Below, in pieces: positions 59,021 to 64,000 of a stretch of DNA of 64,000 nucleotides. Positions within the stretch are counted from its first letter, which is position 1. Each line of letters starts with the position of its first letter. Origin of the DNA: Mobula hypostoma (lineage: Eukaryota); the NCBI RefSeq assembly GCF_963921235.1, contig NC_086099.1:117180001-117244000 (forward strand), read 5' to 3'. The notes beneath the pieces were generated by a model. The model did no database searches. It saw nothing but the letters and a program-made list of their open reading frames with translations, and was not told where the DNA came from. The translations under genes and the position numbers were made by a program.

Positions 59021-61596
59021 CAGTGTGCTCTGTGGAACCAGCAGCAGTCTGAATGGAATAGCTGGATTGGAGTGGGTGGCACAAAGCTGAATATCCATGA
59101 AGCATCATGAGCTACATCAGAAGCAGCAAGACCGTCTTCAACCCAAATGTGAAAACTCATGTTCCACCATGTCTCCCACTTTACAGTTACCACTAAGTTG
59201 CACCTTGGTGTGGCGGGTTCCTTAGTAGGGTGTCTAGGATTAGCAATAATCAGGATCAGTTATTACCCTAAAACCATCAGGCTCCTGAACTGGTGTGAAT
59301 AACTTCACTCACCACAACTCTGAACTGATTCCATAACCTACCGATTCACTTTCATATTCAACAACTCATGTTCTCAGCAATACTTTTCAAAAATTTGCAT
59401 AATTTGTCGTCTTTTGTGCATTGGGTATTTTTCCATCTTTCTTTGTGTATAAATTCATAAATTCTCTTTTATTTCTTTACTTCCTGGAAATGCCTGCAAG
59501 AAAATGAATCTCAAGGTACTTTGAACTTGAATTTAACCAGCGGTAAAAATTCTGGTGTAATTATAGGACCAGAGGAGGTGGCCACTCCTGTTGATGGTGC
59601 TGTAATCAGAGTACATTTGTTCTTCAGGAGCTGATTGTGAGCTAATCTAGAAATTCCCCTTTCTGGTTACACTCTGTACTCTTGTTCAGCATGAGAGGAT
59701 ACTGGCTCATTGTCTGAAGGCGGTACAGTAATCAGGTGGGTATTTCTTTACGCAGTTTCTATAAGGATCTGGCGACACGCTAAGCCCTCCAAGGACTATT
59801 CCGATCTGCATACCACTGCCTTGTCACTTTGTGTGGGACTGGATATTCCAGGGATTGTGGTGGAGGAGTTTGGCCAATTGTATGATCAAATTCCATGAGT
59901 TTAACTTATGCCAGGCTTAACTTGTCCATTGGATTGCTCTCCTAATTAAAAAAAAAATCGGTTCTCAGATATCTCAGATCATCAAAGGTTCAGTTTATAA
60001 TCAAAGTATACAACTCTGAAATTCTTCAATTCTCCGCTAACCATTTAAACCAAGAAAGAAAAGAACAGCAACCCCCAAATCCCACCTCCCACACAAAAAA
60101 AAATGAGAAGATCGGGCGAATAAACACAAAATATAAAAGCTATAAGACTGAAAAAAAACAAGATTTTATAGTCCAAGTCCACATCCAAAAATGCAGAAAA
60201 AACCTGGTCAGCACTCTCGGCAGCAGCAGGCTCTCCCTCTCTTCGGTAGCGTACCAGAGCAATCAAAAGACAGGCAGCCTACCCTCGACTCTCACTTCGA
60301 TGCTTCAATCACCCTCGTTGCTGTAGTCGGCGAATAGTAGAAGCTTTAATCGGGGCCAAACATCGGCTTGCGCCCCATCCTGCAGCCTGCCCGCTACGAA
60401 GTTTGCACATGCTGTCTCTGCCTCCCGGAATCCTCCGGGGGACTGCCGAGCACTGGAACACCAAAACCATCTCCCGCACTCGCCGCTTTAATCGGCGGAA
60501 TGGATGTTTGCTCATGCTGCCTTTGCCTCCCCGAATCTCGAAGACTGCAAAGCACCAAAGCGATCTCCAAACAACAAAACACGGTCTCCAACAGTTCCAG
60601 AATCGTATCCAAGACGAGAAACAAATATAAAAGACATAAAAGAGGTGAAGAAGATGTCGACCAAAGGAGCGTTGTACGCGGGCACAATCTTGTCTGCGAG
60701 GACAAGCTGTGCGCTTGAATCCAGGGCTGAATAGTCGGCTGGGTTTTATTTTTATTTTAACATGGCAGATTTTGATGCAACTTGAGTGGCATAAAATTCT
60801 AGTTGAAGCATCAGTTGATTCTCAAAGACACAGTTATAGTTGGTCAAGTGTCACATCGATGTCAGACCGGATATGAGGAGAAAATTCCCTTATCTGTAGA
60901 TTATTTTTTGGAATGTCAATCCACTTTTGCCAAAATAAAACTAGGTTCTTTAATTAGCTACTTTAAAATTTTACACCTGTAATGGTGGGATTCGAATACT
61001 GTCCCAGGACAGGAGTGATGGGAAAAAGGAGATCTCTGCTAACATGGTGGTGATGGGCTGAACAGATTCCTTATTTTCCATTTCAATTCTATGCTTCCAT
61101 AGTTTCTGTTGTAAAGCCATCAGTATTGCCTCTATTTACTACTCCACTATTCTATCTTCTTCAATGATTGTGCCTTCAACCTTTTCCAATTTAAGTTCTT
61201 GACTTCCTCCTCCAAGATTTGCCTCACTGCATTGAGTGATTTGTTGCTCTTTGGTTGTGTGTTGTCATGTAACATCTGAATTTATTCTCTGGTGCACAAA
61301 GAATCCAGGTTTGAAATACGATCTGAGAGAGACTCACAAATAACAGCAGTGCATTCGGAGCTTCACATATATAACCCAAAGAATTGCAGGGTGGAAAAAA
61401 CTGGCAGTTCTACATGGACTCTCACGTTTCCTTACAACATCAGGGCCAATTCTCCTTTTGTAATTCAGTGCAAATTTCTTATTTGGTTATTCTTCAGAGT
61501 ATATTAAAGAAGCTTTATAGAAATCTGGAAAAGCAGCTTAATGGAAACAAAAAGGTGAATTAAAGTAGAGTTCTCACAACATGGAATGAGTTAATG

Positions 61597-61860
61597 GGTG
61601 GCACTGTAGCATAATGGTGCAGGTAATAGAGCAGCTCACTCACTGAGACCTGGGTTCTGTCCTGACCATTGCTCCTGTTTGCACTTTCTCCCTTTGATCA
61701 TATGGGTTTCCCCTAAAGATGAGAGAGTTAATAGATTAATCATCCACAGGCAATTCCCCCTGGTGATAGAATCTGGGGGGACTTGATGAGGATAATGGAA
61801 GTGTAAAAGCTGGAATAAGATCTGTGTAAATGGGTGGTTGATGATCAGGGCAGACATTGT
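61597..61860 (+). mobile_element. Degenerate HE1/V-SINE-like SINE
   Basis: gggtggcactgtagc head, gacctgggttc B-box, and tttgcactttctcc...tgggtttcc core. Confidence 0.6.
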
Positions 61861-62076
61861 GGAAATATGCTGGCACCGAAATACATAAGACATTTAAAAT
61901 AGGGATATATATGTGGGGTAAAAAGGGAATTTAAAAATGAATGCATATGGAGAGAGGAATGAGATTTGTTTAGAGGGCAGATAAGCCAAATGCACTTCAA
62001 CTTCCATGAAGGAATGTTTGAATCAATTAGCGAATGAACATGTTTTTTTTTACAGTGAATTTCTGAAACTAAAGCA

Positions 62077-62824
62077 ATGCAGTCGCTACCTGAAGTTCAT
62101 GCCACCAGCCACCTTGGTTGCTCAGAAAACATTGTGAATTTGAACTTTAGCAAACTCCAGCCAAGAAGAGTGGTCGAGGTCTACATCAAACGCAGCTTAA
62201 GTCTAAAGGAAGGTGGTGCCAACAACAAGATAATGAAGTGGAGTTCTCTTCCAGGAAATGTCTCACCAAAAAACATGAAGTGCAAGGAGGGAGCTGGCCT
62301 GAACATTCCATGGAAACATTGCAGGGGTCAAGAAAAAATGCAAAGTGAAACAGAGGGTCAAAAGCATAAAGATAAAGCGATGCCTTCCAGCACCAGCTCT
62401 TCAAACATTGAGTCAAGTGTGGAGAAGTCACCCAGTAAGTGCAGGAGCAAAGATGGGAAAAAAGGAAGAAAGTCTCAAACCTTCTTTGGAAAAATTGTGA
62501 GTTCCCTGTGGAAAAGGAAAAGTGATGAGAAGAAATTTGATGGGCATAAAAGATTGAGAGACCCTGGGCCTCCCCTAGCTGAAAACCCCCCAGAACACAA
62601 TGGAAAACAGCACCTTGCTGGAATCCAGGAGCCACCTGGAGAGCTGCCCATCATTCACAAGCTCAAGAAAAGAAATAGCCTCCGGAGAGTGCTCTCTTTA
62701 AAGAGGAATAATTCTGAAGTTAAAGACATTGGGTTGGCTGGTCCAGGAGCCAGTAAGAGTAAGGATGTCCGACCCAGTCTGCTGGATCTCAACAGTGGAT
62801 GCAGGCCAGAAGAAAACATATCAG
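62077..62824 (+). CDS. Gene C: large first coding exon of a BNIP5(C6orf222)/BCL2L14(BCL-G)-family gene; the rest lies beyond the window
   Basis: Acceptor tgtttttttttacag| with the exon starting at 62056; ATG at 62077; 249 open non-TE codons; donor CAG|GTACGA (phase 1). Motifs RRVVEVYIKRSLSL, KSQTFFGKIVSSLWKRK, KKRNSLRRVLSLKR and RPSLLDL resemble, from memory, the basic/Ser-rich N-terminal half of BCL-G/BNIP5-type proteins. No BH3 exon is visible, so the family call is tentative. Confidence 0.6.
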
Positions 62825-64000
62825 GTACGATATATATCAGTAAAATATAACATAGAAATACAGTTGTGTCAGCATGAGTTAAATCAGTCTGATGGCCTGG
62901 TGGAAGAAGCTGTCCCGGAGCCTGATGGTCCTGATGTTTATGCTGTGGTACCATTTCATGGATGGTAGCAGCTGGAACAGTTTGTGGTTGGGCACCCTTG
63001 CCTAAGACTTTTGCACTGTACTGTAGTAATTTCATGTATTGCACTGTACTGCTGCCATAAAGGAAAACATATTTCATGACAGCTGTGAGTGATGATAAAT
63101 CTGATTCTGATATGGGTCTCTATTGTGGATTAGAGTGAGAAAGGGGACAGGGAGAGGGGAGGGAGTAGGAAGGAGCAGAGAGACATTCTGTAATGATCAA
63201 TAAACCAATTTTTTGGAATCAAATGACCTTGTCTGGTGTCTCAGGGCTGGGTGTGTCTGCACCTGCACCCTCTTCCCACCCTGGCACACCTTCTCTGCCA
63301 CCTGTTCCACACCCCTCCCATGGCATCCACCCTCGCTGTTCCCAACACAACATCCTTTCCTCCCACCAGATTTATAAACTTGCTGTCAGCTCGACGCAAT
63401 ACTTATGTGCCAAAGACCTTTGCACAGTACTGTATGTCATGAAAATCGTTTTGCAGCAGCAGGACAGTGCATGGCAGAAAGTTTACTGTAAGTTACAAAA
63501 ACAAATAATTAGTGCAAAAGAGAAATAACAAGGTGTTGTTCATGGGTTCATTGACTGTTCTGCAACAAAGCAACATGTTGTTACAAAAGCATGGCGAAGA
63601 ATTGAAATTTGCCTGCTTTTGAAGAGTTTCACCAGAACTCCTTAATGTCCTGTGTCCCTACGCATATTAATTTTAAAAACTGCAGATTCTGAAAATCTGA
63701 ACTGAAAAGAAAAACTACTAGAAATATACAACGAACCAGGCAACATTTGCATAGAGAGACACAAGGTTAAAATTTCAGATCAAAGACTTCTCAAAATAAA
63801 AGCTATGAGAAAGGTTCATTGGTCTGAAATCAATGTTTTTTCTTCACAGATGCCACTTGACATGATGAATATTTCCAGAACATTCTGTTCTTGTTTTCCC
63901 AAATCCTTGCATACATACTCATCTCACTATATCATTATTGCTTCTATTCCTACTCAAATACATCAAGCCCCTCTGAAAGTAACACCCCCAAAAAACTTCT

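Overview
Vertebrate genomic DNA. The repeat content (HER1/CR1, Rex1/Babar, RTE, Penelope, tRNA/V-SINEs) points to a cartilaginous fish, probably a ray or shark (inference). There are two N gaps (20474-20931, 22655-22865). About two-thirds of the window is nested transposon debris, but it hides a Bcl-2-family gene cluster that the ORF track does not assemble. Two complete, phase-compatible 4-exon BCL2L15/BFK-like genes lie in tandem on the minus strand: gene A (52838->30465, 162 aa) and gene B (27271->3312, 146 aa). Both have a canonical BH3 and a BH2, and neither has a BH1 NWGR or a TM anchor. Head-to-head with gene A on the plus strand is the large first coding exon (62056-62824) of a BNIP5/BCL-G(BCL2L14)-like gene. 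The paralogs differ in the protease loop before BH3: gene B has LETD, a BID-like caspase-8-type site, while gene A has EEDD|S and SECD|E. They also differ in promoter type: gene B has a ~0.9 kb CpG/GC-box minisatellite, while gene A has TATA-like plus IRF-Ets motifs. The introns contain an uninterrupted 919-codon CR1 ORF2, multi-layer TE nests with readable TSDs, two solo LTRs, and Penelope hammerhead-ribozyme motifs in sense with the pre-mRNAs.
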